DNA of 63,660 bases, counting the filler, from Octopus bimaculoides (taxonomy: Eukaryota): assembly GCF_001194135.2 (NCBI RefSeq). It is 7 parts of 6 records of this genome, joined end to end, with 100 filler letters (N's around TTAATTAATTAA, not from the genome) between each part and the next. Parts side by side here need not be neighbours in the genome. Positions count along the whole stretch, not along the records: positions 1 to 4,335 come from NC_068986.1; positions 4,436 to 21,138 come from NC_069002.1; 5 more parts are not named here. One strand, 5' to 3'. The notes beneath the pieces are model-generated. The model saw only the letters and a list, made by a program, of their open reading frames with translations, searched no databases and was not told where the DNA came from. The translations under genes were made by a program, and so were the position numbers. Shown piece after piece: positions 1 to 12,662 of this stretch. The stretch's first letter is position 1, and every line of letters begins with the position of its first letter.

Positions 1-16
1 GTGTGTGTGTGTGTGT

Positions 17-396
17 GGAGGCGCAATGGCCCAGTGGTTAGGGCAGCGGACTCGCGGTCGTAGGATCACGGTTTCGATTCCCAGACCGGGCGTTATGAGT
101 GTTTATTGAGCGAAAATACCTAAAGTTCCCCGAGGCTCCGGCAGGGGATGGTGGCGAATCCTGCAGTACTCTTTCACCACAACTTTCTCTCATTCTTTCT
201 TCCTGTTTCTGTTGTGCCTGTAAGTCAAAGGGTCAGCCTTGTCACACTGTGCCACGCTGAATATCCCCGAGAACTACGTTAAGGGTACACGTGCTTGGAG
301 AGTGCTCAGCCACTTGCACGTTAATTTCACGAGCAGGCTGTTCTGTTGATCGGATCAACTGGAACCCTCGTCGTAGTAACCGACGGAGTGCCAGCT
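17..396 (+). mobile_element. tRNA-derived SINE, family C, near full length
   Basis: A-box-like TGGCCCAGTGG and B-box-like GGTTTCGATTCCC in a tRNA-like head; the body (AAGGGTACAC...GTGCTCAGCCACTTGCAC...GAGCAGGCTGTTC) recurs at 39991-40299 (-) and 43624-43945 (+). Confidence 0.85.
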
Positions 397-411
397 ATAT
401 ATATATATAAT

Positions 412-620
412 AAAATTTGGGATTCGGAGAAGGTCAAAGTTGGTAACAAAGACAGGACATACAACAAACCAAACGAAACGATCACAAACAGGGAGGGCCG
501 TTAAGCTCAGACGAGGTAAGGTAGCGAACGCTGGATGAAAATTCTTTGATAAGAGAAAATATAGGAGAGGAGACAGATAGGAATGCGTAAGATGCCAAAG
601 CCAAGAAACAAGCCAGAAGG
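412..620 (-). repeat. Unclassified interspersed repeat, family E fragment
   Basis: The reverse complement of 412-520 aligns by eye with 41040-41145 (CCCTCC.TGTTTG...TGTATGTC...CTTTGACC...AAATTTTATT). Confidence 0.55.
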
Positions 621-627
621 CAAAAGC

Positions 628-1975
628 CCTTGAATTTACAGAAAAATTCTCAAAAGAATTTATTGTGACTCACAATAACCAGTTACACTGTAGACTGTGC
701 CTCGTTGCTATCAAATGCAATAAGAAGTACTTCGCTGAGTTGCATAGAATGAGCAAAAAAAAAAAAAGAACCATCAAAACTATCTTTAAAAGACTTCTAA
801 AATTGAACAGCAACCCGTCAAATCGTTTGAATTTACAAAAACGATAAATTTTGGGGTGCAATGGTGACCAAAGGATTTCTTGAGGCCGACATTCATTTGC
901 ACAAGCTCACTAATCCAAGTTTGAGATGTCTCTTTAATTCTATCAAAAAGTTACTACCATCTCAATCTACGTGCCAAAAATATGTTGATATGCTTAGTGC
1001 AAACACGGTTAAAAATTGCAAGAGCTGTCTGACTGATCGAAATGTATTTTTGATTGTTGATGAACGTAAGATCGATGACAAAAAAATTGTTATTTTACAT
1101 ATTGGTTAAAACGTTTTTAATGGAATGTTTTCCACTCGAATCAGCTCTAACTGCCAGAGTCATCGCTCAGATTATCGATGATTCGCTAAGAAATATGACG
1201 GTTCCAAGAGCAAATTTTCTCATACTAATGTCTGATACTGCTCGGTACATGATAGCTGCTAGAGAAACATTGCAAGTTATGTACCTTAAGCTTTGCCATG
1301 TAACCTGCTTCTCTCACTTACTGCATAATTGTGCTCTAAAGATAAAGGCTTTTTATCCTGCAGACGATTGTCTGATAGCTACCATTAAGGCTACTACTGT
1401 AAAAAAAACAAACAAAAAAAAAAACACCATCAAGAGCAATTCAAAACAATCGGATACCACCCTCAGCCAATTGTGACCAGGTGGGGTAGCTGGTTGGATG
1501 CCTGAAATTACTATACCAAGAACCTTGCAGAAGTTACAAAAATTGTAGAGAGTTTTAAGGACGAAGTGATTTTGGTGCAGAGAGCGAAAGAAGCTGTGCG
1601 AAGCCATGAGATTAGGGCTAACCCCACCCAAATCTGTTCAAACTATCTGTAGTTGAAAGAGTAAATTTTGGAATCTGAGTCAACAGCCTTCACCATCTAC
1701 AATGATTACAAAACGCTCAAAGAATTGAAATTCGATGAAGACCCGTGTTGCATCATGAATTATATTGATTTTAGATTCAATAAAAACCAAATCAATTCGA
1801 TAATTCAATTAATGAATCCCAAAGTTCCGTTCGTGGAGTATACAGACTTGATACAAAGCCAAGCGGCATCAGTTGCTGTAGAACGCAGTTTTTTGACGAT
1901 GAAAAAATCCTTGCAAAAGGCAGGAATTTTTTGCTTACATTATACCGTATTGTATTATAATAAATTTCTACAATA
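628..1975 (+). mobile_element. Decayed hAT-superfamily transposase (DUF659-type), frameshifted, with stops
   Basis: Consecutive frames give: CRLC...H zinc finger; FLEADIHLHKL; LIVDE; LMSDTARYMIAA...HVTCFSHLLH; PIVTRWGSWLDA*NYY (about 1468-1515); and AVERSF dimerisation motif. Confidence 0.85.
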
Positions 1976-2640
1976 GATAATTTTAAAAATTGTTTTGATA
2001 ATACTCGTATATCATAAAGCAATCAAAACCAGAGTCAATTCCTTAATGTTTATGGATTTATTAATAATCCTTTCTACCATTTCGACACCTTATAATTTCA
2101 CTTATCCTTCCCTTACGTATGAAATATATTTTAATGATATAGTAATTTTGTCTATGGTAGCATATTCATTATTAAATTTTCTAGATAACTGATTCTCTCT
2201 CTCTCTCTATACATACATATTATGACACGGCTATTAGTATTACATTTAGTTACATTCACTTTCATTTTTCGTGGGAGGAGTCAAGTAAAATCGACAATAC
2301 CGCTTTCTCCAAATTTACGGCCTAGTGCCAATATTAGGAATCAAGTGATAGTAGCAGAAATCTTAGAGCGCCGAGCTAAAATGTATTTCTGTATCTAGCT
2401 TTATCTTTACGTTGAGTTTGAATTTTGTTTCTAATCTCTTGTGGTTGCTACATTGTGCAAGTTACTTATTGCTATTTCATGCAAATATGTTTTTATGTGA
2501 AGAAATGAATTTTGTAATCAATCTTTCTTCTCTTTGTAGCGTCAGGTCGGGGAAATACCACCCTGGTGACTTTCTTGACGAGGGGTCGCTCCCTGTAAGG
2601 ATTCGGGCAGTTCTCTGCCGTTAGTGTGGAACAAGCATGA

Positions 2641-2720
2641 AGAAGCTTTTTGGTGAAGCGGGCCACATGAAAAATAACTCATCGTAATGCAAGCCATTCA
2701 GAAAGCCCTGCGGGCCTCAA
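2641..2720 (-). mobile_element. hAT (Charlie-like) MITE remnant
   Basis: The reverse complement GGCCCGCAGGGCTTTCTGAATGG...TCATGTGGCCCGCTTC matches 56971-57085, with an internal deletion. Confidence 0.45.
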
Positions 2721-3199
2721 GTTGTTCTCGTTGGTGTAGAAGTAGTCGTCTGAGATTGCAATATACGCAAGGATTCTCTGGAGACTTGGCTGGTTGGCGG
2801 AAATTATGGCCAAACTTTCTCCGTTTCTACTTATGTACGCTGTTTAACGAACGATTGCCGTTTCCTCTCCCCCACCATCTTTTAGCATATTCTGGTATTA
2901 CATCCCTTCGTCAGAACATTTATAAGGGCTCACAAACTGGATTTTGGCCTTAAGTTCACTTATACGTAAACTTATTAAATGATGGAAGAGTTATTTCCCT
3001 TGTAACACCATATCTTCTATATCTTCTTTTCAAGTATCAAATATCATTTGGTCAAATAATCAAATTGAAACAGTTTGTTTAAATTATGAAAATGAAGTTA
3101 CAAATTTTAATCATCTGCAGGAGATTTATTTTCAAAGCACTTCTTTACAGTTTATATTGTTAACATATCTCATTGAATTACTCATTCTATTCTTATATA

Positions 3200-3574
3200 C
3201 AGGGTTATTCAAAAAGAATAAACCAATTTCATTTATGCAAATAGAAAACTCCAGCTAAGTCACAAGTATTTACTCACAATCAACTGATTGCTGTTGTTAT
3301 TCGATGTTTAAGGTCATTGAGGTTAGTGGGTAGCAGAGGACTTTAAGTTTTGAATGGCTACCACACCTTAAACATCAAACAAAAACAACAGCGATCAACT
3401 CAGTGGATTGTGAAATGCTAATACGCGTCTGGGAGGAATTCTCTTATCGAATTGATGTTGGCTGTGCTGCAGGCGGTGACCACTTGTAAGACAGGAAATA
3501 AAAGTTGATTGTGAGTAAATACTTGTGACTTAGGACAAACAATAGATTGCTTCATTCTTTTTTGAATAGCCCTG
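3200..3574 (+). mobile_element. Tc1/mariner-superfamily MITE with TA target duplication
   Basis: TA|CAGGGTTATTCAAAAAGAAT ... ATTCTTTTTTGAATAGCCCTG|TA terminal inverted repeats; a subterminal IR CTAAGTCACAAGTATTTACTCACAATCAACT; 3391-3489 encodes AINSVDCEMLIRVWEEFSYRIDVGCAAGGDHL*, a transposase C-terminus. Confidence 0.9.
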
Positions 3575-3699
3575 TATATATATTATTAATTTATTTTTAG
3601 TTCTTATTTCATCGGGTTGTCAGACGAAACTAAAAAGTTTGTTTGGCGAACAGGATGTCCTGTGCAGTGTGTGTGAGGGTATAACTCAACTGTTTGTAA

Positions 3700-3915
3700 A
3701 GTGGTTGGCATTTGGAAGGGCATCCAGCCAGAGAAACCATGCCAAAGCTTACCTTACCTGTGCCTCATAAAAACCACTCTGTCCACTCTGCTGGGAGTTG
3801 GTGTTAGGAAGGGCATCAAGCTGTAAAAACCATGCCAAAACGGACACAGAAGTCTAGTGCAGGCTCTTGCCTGGCTAGCTCTTATTAAACCATCTAACCT
3901 ATGCCAGCCTAGAAG
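3700..3915 (+). repeat. SINE-like fragment with a duplicated GGAAGGGCATC...AACCATGCCAAA domain
   Basis: Two similar 44-bp units at about 3705-3748 and 3799-3842. The motif resembles the conserved Meta/MESC SINE domain (assignment from memory, unverified). Confidence 0.5.
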
Positions 3916-4046
3916 AGACCTTTTCTGATTTCTCACTAATGTTCACATCTTTTGCTGATATACACCAGCAAATAACACATAAATGCAATATATATATATA
4001 TATATATACACATATATATATGGTATATATTCTTTCTTTTATTTAT

Positions 4047-4240
4047 TTCAGTCATTTGACTGCAGCAATGCTGGAGCACCACCTTGAATGGTTTTCAATT
4101 AAACAAATCAACCCCACTACTTATTTTCTAAGACCTAGTACTTATTCTGCCAGTCACTTCGCTAAACTGCTTAAGGTATAGTGATGTAAACACACCAACA
4201 CCGGTCGTCAAGTTGTGATGGGGGTGGGCAAACACAGACA
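4047..4240 (-). mobile_element. SINE family B, 3' half
   Basis: Reverse complement matches 57380-57560 (CAGTCATTTGACTGC..CATGCTGGAGCACC; CCTAGTACTTATTC; AAACACACCAACA). Similar 3' halves at about 6598-6690, 8975-9160, 16885-17070 and 45715-45905. Confidence 0.8.
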
Positions 4241-4335
4241 GAATCTTGTTAAAAACAGGGGCACCAGTTTTTTTATTAATGTTTTATGTAGTGTTTTTGG
4301 TGCCGAAAGACTTTCAAACTTCGTATACTTATCTA

Positions 4336-4435
4336 NNNNNNNNNNNNNNNNNNNNNNNNNNNNNNNNNNNNNNNNNNNNTTAATTAATTAANNNNNNNNN
4401 NNNNNNNNNNNNNNNNNNNNNNNNNNNNNNNNNNN
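4336..4435. other. Artificial scaffold linker (44 N + TTAATTAATTAA + 44 N)
   Basis: The same 100-bp structure occurs six times, with the 12-mer at 4380, 21183, 28583, 36055, 58576 and 61562; the 12-mer has stops in all six frames. Confidence 0.95.
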
Positions 4436-6430
4436 TATATATATATTTATTTATATTTACACGCATATGTATATATGTATGTATGTATATACATGGCGAC
4501 CAATTAATTTTTTTAATTAATTTTTTCAAACATTATTATTTGGTATTGGTTGGCGGCTGTTCGAGGTGGAGTTGTTTCTACAAATATGTTTTTTATTTTA
4601 ATAAACTTCTATCGAAATCATATGAACATTGCACATATTTGTGCATCGTTGCATATCATTACATTTAATATTATTGTTGTTGTTGTTGTTTTTTGTGTTC
4701 ATTGATTGGCCGTGACCATCCTGTCTTACATTAATGCGTTCTTTGTTTTCTTAATTCTGTATAGTGTGATGTGAATTTGATTCGGCTGCCATGTTTAGCA
4801 GTTTGAACGTCCATGCACTGCTTCCGACCATCTATGGCACGTCGTATTTATGCATAATTGTGCATAAATGAGCATCGTTATGCATCATTGTGCGTAAAAT
4901 ATTTGAATATTGTGCGGTAACAAAATATTTGAATATTGTGCACCAGTGAAACCAGCCTCTTTTCTGGTCCCTCTGAGTGCTAGTACCCCCCAACCCCCCG
5001 ATAAATCGCCCCCATTTCACGCCCATCCATTTTAAAGGGAGAAGAAAAGGAAACTTTGGATACGAATTCTTAAAACTATATACACAATGTCTTCAAAATT
5101 TTGTTATGTTCTGGAACCATCTTTCGTATGGTTTGATGGCCTGTTCCGCTAAGGCTAAATAACAACAACAGCAAAAACAGCAAAAATAACAGCAACAGCA
5201 ACATATACAATAAGAAGAACAATAGTTAACACCAAACTGCAAATCTGTAGCTGTGCAATTTGTTGCATCAGCAAAGGAATAGGTTGCAGTAGTCTGCAGT
5301 TGCAACTGCAGTCGATGCAGCTGCAGCGTCAGCAACAACAGTGGATGTAGTAGTGGCAATGACAGCAGCAATTGTTCGACGCACCATCGACAAAGGAAAT
5401 AAGTAATTTAAGCGGTGATGTTAATCACGCGATCATCTTTTTTATTATTGTTTTTTCTTGTTTAGCCCTAGGTCAGAGCCTAGGATAGAACAGCTTCATT
5501 ATTGGGGCCCTCCCAGTTGAGACCATGATTGGGGCCCTTCCAGTTGATAAATAGATAGATAGGTAGATAGATAGACAAATAAATAAATAGATAGATAGAC
5601 AGATAGATAATTAAATAGTTAGATATATAAGTGGACAGACAGACAGATAGATAGATACATTTCTTTTATTAGCCACACAGGGCTCAACGAAGATGGGACA
5701 AATACAATGTAGAGCTTTTCTTTTTGGGAGGGGGAAGGAAAAAAAGGGGGGGTCGATCAATAGGGATCGTAGGAAGGAAAAGGGGGTAGTTCGATCAAAA
5801 GGGATCAAAAAAAAAAGGGCGATCAATAGGGATCGTGTATAGATAGATAGATAGATAAATAGGTATCTTTACGTGCTGAATTCACGTTCCTCCTAGGTCG
5901 AAAGTATCTTTCATTCTTCCGTGGTCGCTAAAATAAGTACTAGTTGAACACTGAGGTCAATGTAATCGACTAACCTCGCCCCTAGATTTCTTGCCNNNNN
6001 NNNNNNNNNNNNNNNNNNNNNNNNNNNNNNNNNNNNNNNNNNNNNNNNNNNNNNNNNNNNNNNNNNNNNNNNNNNNNNNNNNNNNNNNNNNNNNNNNNNN
6101 NNNNNNNNNNNNNNNNNNNNNNNNNNNNNNNNNNNNNNNNNNNNNNNNNNNNNNNNNNNNNNNNNNNNNNNNNNNNNNNNNNNNNNNNNNNNNNNNNNNN
6201 NNNNNNNNNNNNNNNNNNNNNNNNNNNNNNNNNNNNNNNNNNNNNNNNNNNNNNNNNNNNNNNNNNNNNNNNNNNNNNNNNNNNNNNNNNNNNNNNNNNN
6301 NNNNNNNNNNNNNNNNNNNNNNNNNNNNNNNNNNNNNNNNNNNNNNNNNNNNNNNNNNNNNNNNNNNNNNNNNNNNNNNNNNNNNNNNNNNNNNNNNNNN
6401 NNNNNNNNNNNNNNNNNNNNNNNNNNNNNN

Positions 6431-6473
<43 letters not shown>

Positions 6474-7954
6474 TTCAAATGTACAGAAAACAAAAGACAG
6501 AGACAGGTGTATTTAGTTTGACGCTCGGGAGAAATGGAAGAGTCTTTGATGCTTCGAGCCTACTCTCTTCTGTGTATACATATAAATAGAAATATTCTGT
6601 TATTTCTTTCTGTCTGTCATTGGACTGCAGCCATAACGTGGAGCCTCTTTGGAAGGCTTTGTTGAGCAAAGGGACCCCTGTACTTATTCCTGGAACGAGT
6701 GGTGCGTTGCTTTCTTGATAGCGCAAGGAGATAACATTGGAATTATTAGGCAATATGTAACAGTGTCGCCAGATGGCAATTGTAGGTTAGCAGATTCGTG
6801 GGTTGGTGGAGGTCAGAATTGTGACAGATCTGTTAGACATCGGTGTCGAGAACATATTTACACAAAGTGGAAGAGGGTTGGATGAAGAGACGGTGTGATC
6901 CGTGATGTTTATTTCGTTTAATATTTAAAGAAGCAAGACAACCGACAAGTGATACCTCAAAGCGTAACTGAGATGTTAATCCTCGAAATAAGTGTTTTCT
7001 TGCTATACAAGTATTTAATCCTTCTTGGGTTCATCTACTTTTCTTTAAAAAATGACTTGTGTGTATATGTGTATATGTGTATTTGTGTGTGCGAGTGTCT
7101 CTCAATGCCTCACTCCTCCCATCTGCCTTATAACACACACGCACGCACAAACACACACACAACCGTAAACAGATAGGCAAATGTAGACATAGCAGGAGAC
7201 ATACATACATACATATATCTATCAATCTATATATATACAAATATAGATATACAAATATATATGTATATGTATGTATACAGGTATAAAATTTCTATTTCGG
7301 TATAGTTTTCATTTTCTTTCTCTGTTTCTCTCTCCCTTCTACCTCTCTCTCTATTTCGTTCTCTAATTAACAGTCGCATCAACTAATCTTCCTAGCAATT
7401 AAAAATTAAAAGAACATTTTTTTCTTTTCATAATTATTAATGTTGTTACTGGTTTTGTAGTTGATGTTATATAAATATTTCTTCTATTTCTTCATATTTT
7501 TTTAGCTTCAGTAATTTTATGCTTTAAAGGGAAAATAGAAGTCGCGAATACTGCTGTGCCGTTGTTATTGTTGTTGCAGCTGAACCTGTTGTTGTTGTTG
7601 TTGCTGTTGCTGTTCCCCTTTCATGTTTTCGTGTAGTGATTAAACGGAACCATATTTAGGGTCCGATTTCTTAGACTAATACCTCGACATCTACTTCAAA
7701 TCCAATAAGTTACAATATGTGTTGCCCATAGCTACATACATTAATTATATACACCCATTTTTGCATCCTAGGGATATATCTGCTCACACACGTACACACA
7801 TATGTAGAGTGATATGTTTCTCTTAAGTAAGAGCTGTTTCCGAACAAAGAAGTTCCACAAAGATTTCAGATGATGAAATTTGGCAAAGTTTTGATAATTT
7901 CCATCGAGCTTCTAGCAGGCGCATATGCACATATGTACGTTTATATATATTAAA

Positions 7955-8033
7955 CTCATATTGTCGTTGAACGCTCGAAATGCGGAGTATATAGACAACC
8001 GACAACTGATGAAGGATCCTTTCTTTGTGTTTA

Positions 8034-8036
<3 letters not shown>
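7955..8036 (+). repeat. Family E fragment
   Basis: CTCGAAATGCGGAGTATATAGACAACCGACAACTGATGAAGGATCCTTTC matches about 41195-41245 (+) and 60900-60948 (-). Confidence 0.7.
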
Positions 8037-8076
<40 letters not shown>

Positions 8077-9193
8077 GTATCAGTACATATATGTAAACTT
8101 TTCCATTACTTCCATTCAAACTCTTCGTTCCAAATATAGGATCTGTGAAATCTAAAGCTCCAACTAAAATGAATATACTCTACTTTATGTACGGAGTACT
8201 TTTTCTTTCTCTTTTGTATACAAGGAACTTAACATACAATGCACACCCACAGATACACAGACACACAGGCACCCACATGTGTTTCTCTGTTTGTCTGTTT
8301 CTTTGTATGTGTGTACGCGCCCACGTGTATGTGTTTCCAGTTATGAACGATGCAGTTTCAGAATTCCTAATACTTCTTTAACTTTAGGCTATCGGAAAGC
8401 AGAAAATCGATCTGATAAAACTTCTATAATTTCTATAATACTGCATTAAAATAAATATTGTGTTGCCGCAGTATTGATATGTTATGAGATATCGAACTGG
8501 TTTGAAATATATTGATTATTTTATTGGTTATAGATCCAATTTTCTCACGAGTTACAGACAGTTTTTATGAAGTCTTTTTATTAATACGCTCAAATTTGAT
8601 TCTGAAAGTAGTATGATACAACCATTGTTGTTCTAGTTGTTGTTGTTGCCGTCTTGATAGTAGTGGTAATGGTAATGGTGGTGGTGGCGGTAGTTTAGCG
8701 TCAGTCAAATGTAACTGAACCTACATACCAGCAAAGGCAATCTACCCATAACCAACCTGTTTTTTTTTTCCTTTCAGGTTGCTCAACTGTGTATTCCTCC
8801 TTAAACAATAACGTACATTCTGAGAGGAATTTGATCCTTACATTTAATTCCTCTTTTCATGAAAATCTCACCGACTTTGGCTAGAACTTCGGTTTGGGTG
8901 TTCGAATCATACCTATGGTAATATATTTCTAAAAACTGCCATTTGACTATGGGGAAGTCGCAATGTTTCTTTTACTTGTTTCAGTCATAAGACCGCGTCC
9001 ATGCTGGGGCATCACCTTGAAGAAATTTTAGTTGACTGAATCGACTCTAGTACCTTATTTTTAACATCTAGTACTTATTCGATCAATTCTCTTGCCGAAC
9101 CGCTAGGTTACGAGGATGGAAACACACCAACACCAGTTGTCAAAGGGTGATGGTGATGGATATATATATCCAATATTTACACCATCGATTTAC

Positions 9194-9250
<57 letters not shown>

Positions 9251-10161
9251 AATTTTAAAAACGTCCTTCACTGAATATAGATGAATAGCATTCAGAGATA
9301 GAGAATAGTCAGCTTCTACGAGTGACAGATGTAATGTTGAGTGTTGGCTCATTCGCACATCCAAATTTATCTCTCATGATAATAAGCTATTAATAAAGAT
9401 ATTATTAATAAATAATTATATAAGCATACATACACGCACATACATACACACACATACACGCACACACGCACACGCGCGCGCGCGCATATATGTATATGTA
9501 TACATGAGTGGAAATATATGTAAATATATGTATATTATGTATATGTATATATGAGTGGAAATATATATACACACACACACACATATATATATATACTCTG
9601 ATCAACCTGACTTCTCTACTTGTGCAAAATCATATACAAGTAGATAAGCACAAGATTACACAGGAAAGAAGCTGCTTAATTGCGTTTTCCCCTATTAATT
9701 AACAGACAATTAACACGATAAAATACCTTCCTTTGTTTTAGTACACTCGTCATTGATGGTTTCAACGTGTTCCCAATCTTCATTAGTACTTAATTATTCT
9801 AATTATTTGTTGATTGGGATAATGTACTGAGTAATTGATGCTCAGACGTTGAACCTTCAGCGAGCGCCATAATGGTTTTTTACCAAGGTGGAGATGATTT
9901 AACTCGCATTGAAATCTACTTGTAACAGTTAAATGACTTACCGTTCCCGCGACGGAATCTCTGTATTTAGCGCTGCTCGAACTGGTAAAAAATAAATAGC
10001 AACCGAATCTCCTTCAAAACTCATTCAATCGTCTTGGAAAGTGAAAGGGCACATTGATAATTTAGTTCTGTCTATCAGGAGTGCTTAGAATAGATTTTGT
10101 GGTGTAAAAAATAATCTGTGGAAAAGAGTTAGAAAAGATGAGTGACAGAAAGAGGATGAGG

Positions 10162-10206
<45 letters not shown>

Positions 10207-10680
10207 NNNNNNNNNNAGAGAGATAGAGAGAGAGAGAGAGAGAGATGTAGGAGGAAGGGAGGGAAAGAAATTCTAACAACGCTCCTGGCTTACGCACACG
10301 TCCCCACACACATTTAAACAACGCCACAAACGAGAATTAGGTCAAGAGCCTGACCCAAGAACTCAAAATGCAAGAATCCGGAACTGATATCGCAACACAT
10401 CTTCATCGAAATCTCTGTAAATTTCCATCATTCCATCACTCTTCATTCATGCATTATTTTATCCATCTCAGAAGAATGAAAGGAAAAACTGGATTCAATG
10501 GAATATTGTCTGTGATGAAACAATGTTAATATCTGTAGATTACAGAAAGACTTACACTCATATTTCTCGTTGGTCTCCTCCATAATTTCCAGTGAGGTTC
10601 AATACAATTATACAAATAATACAACGAATGAATAAATAATGTGATGCTTAACCTTAGCTGAGATTACATTAATGTATCAC

Positions 10681-11460
10681 TAATCCTACATATAATCTAC
10701 TCTGTTGTTGCTAATCCTCCACTCACTTCTGAATATATAGGTTTCAAATTTCGGCACAGGGGCGGCAAGTTCGTTGGGTGGGGTGAGGTAAATCGATTAC
10801 ATCGACCCCAGTGCTCGACTGATACTTATTTTATTGACCTGACGAAAGGATGAAAGGTAAAGTCGACCTCGGTAGAATTTGAAATCAGAACGTAAAGAAG
10901 GACGAAACGCCGCTAACCATTTTATCCGGCGTTGCTAACGATTCTGCCAGCTGAATGCCTTCACTTCTGATTGTATTGTTTGCTAATTTCTATATTCAAT
11001 TACGTTGAATTAAGTCTGCCCAGTTCTGTTGCTAATCCTGTACACAAGTCAGAAAATATTTAACTAATTTCTGCCTACAATTTATGGTGATAAGTTTGCA
11101 CGGATCTGTTGCTAATCTTACACATAATTTGCACAGAGATGCTGCTAATCCCACAAAGATTCCAGATGAATTGTTTGCTAATTTCTAAATCCAATTTACG
11201 ATGATGATTCACATTATATACTCAGTTTAAAGAGATCGAATACATATCCATTTTACTACGACGTGTTCCTAATCCTTTACGGAGATATATTCCCAATGGT
11301 ACATCTAATTTACAAACATGTGTTGCTAATCCTAAAATCAATTTATATGTATTTTGATGCTAATCCCACCCGCTCTTATACATTAATCGGTTAGTAATCT
11401 GACACACAATTTATACGGATCGGTTACAATTCATACAAGAATGTGCTATTAATCATTTAT
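10681..11460 (+). repeat. Degenerate minisatellite with a TGTTGCTAATCC core, interrupted by a SINE
   Basis: About a dozen variants of TGTTGCTAAT(C/T)(C/T) recur at mostly 30-70 bp spacing. Confidence 0.55.
10741..10959 (-). mobile_element. SINE family A
   Basis: Reverse complement of the GCTGGCAGAA.CGTTAGCA...CCGAGGTCGACTTT.CCTTTCATCCTTTCG...CTGGGGTCGATGTAATCGA consensus seen at 53503-53710. Confidence 0.85.
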
Positions 11461-11756
11461 CCAATTTGTAAACACAAACACACACACACATAGACACGCA
11501 CGTACATGCACACACACACACAAACACAAACACACGCACACATAAACACACATACACTCATACATACGCACATAAGCGCGTATATAAATATGAATGTGGG
11601 CGTATATATATATATATATATATATTTACACGTCTGTATGAGTAAGAGATTAAACAAACATCTAAGGGATAATGAATATCCAATACACTTCTGGATGTAT
11701 ACCTATGTATTCATATCCGAATGCTTACTGTTCTAAGGCAGTAGCGCAATTCTTTG

Positions 11757-11802
<46 letters not shown>

Positions 11803-11817
11803 NNNNNNNNNNNNNNN

Positions 11818-11859
<42 letters not shown>

Positions 11860-12016
11860 ATATACATATATAATTACATATATATATACACATATATGCC
11901 TATATGTGCAAAGATACATATAAATATATGTATATGTATAAAAATATGAGAGAGAGATATGCAGATATGTGTGAGTGTTGATTTATACCTATCGATCTAT
12001 CTATCTATATACATAC

Positions 12017-12063
<47 letters not shown>

Positions 12064-12604
12064 AGTATGTATATATTTGTATGCGCGAATGTGTGAATAT
12101 ATATACTCTCTTAGATATATACATATAAACGTACACAGAAAAATATACTCGCACAAACACGCACTTTTTCATGCACATATACATACAAAACATCACACAA
12201 GCAATCTTTAGGATAAAAAAAACATACACACGTGCGCGCGCAACTTACATAACAAAAAAAAAAAGAAACTCACAAAGCATTTAACGAAACCGAATACTTA
12301 TGCGAGTGACGCACGGTCATTACGAATGTTCAATTAACTAATTATGTAATCCCTGATGAACTTAATAAATATATTTTTAGTAGACGAAAAACTAACGTTT
12401 AATTGGATAAGCACTTTTCTACTTTCTATAATTAATTATTTAAGCAATCAACTTTAGGATTTTGTAGACTTAGACTTAAAAGTAAAAACGCAGGATCGAG
12501 CAATTTGTATAAATAATATATAAATATATATATGTATTTATGTATTTATGTATTTATGTATTTGTGTGCGTATGATCGTGTATGTGTGTCTCTTAAAATA
12601 TGTC

Positions 12605-12662
<58 letters not shown>

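Noticed and set aside
8006-8012. CTGATGA in family E (also 41227 and 60909 minus) as a hammerhead ribozyme
   Set aside because: There is no downstream GAAA, and the upstream GAAA cannot form helices III and I in a type II topology.
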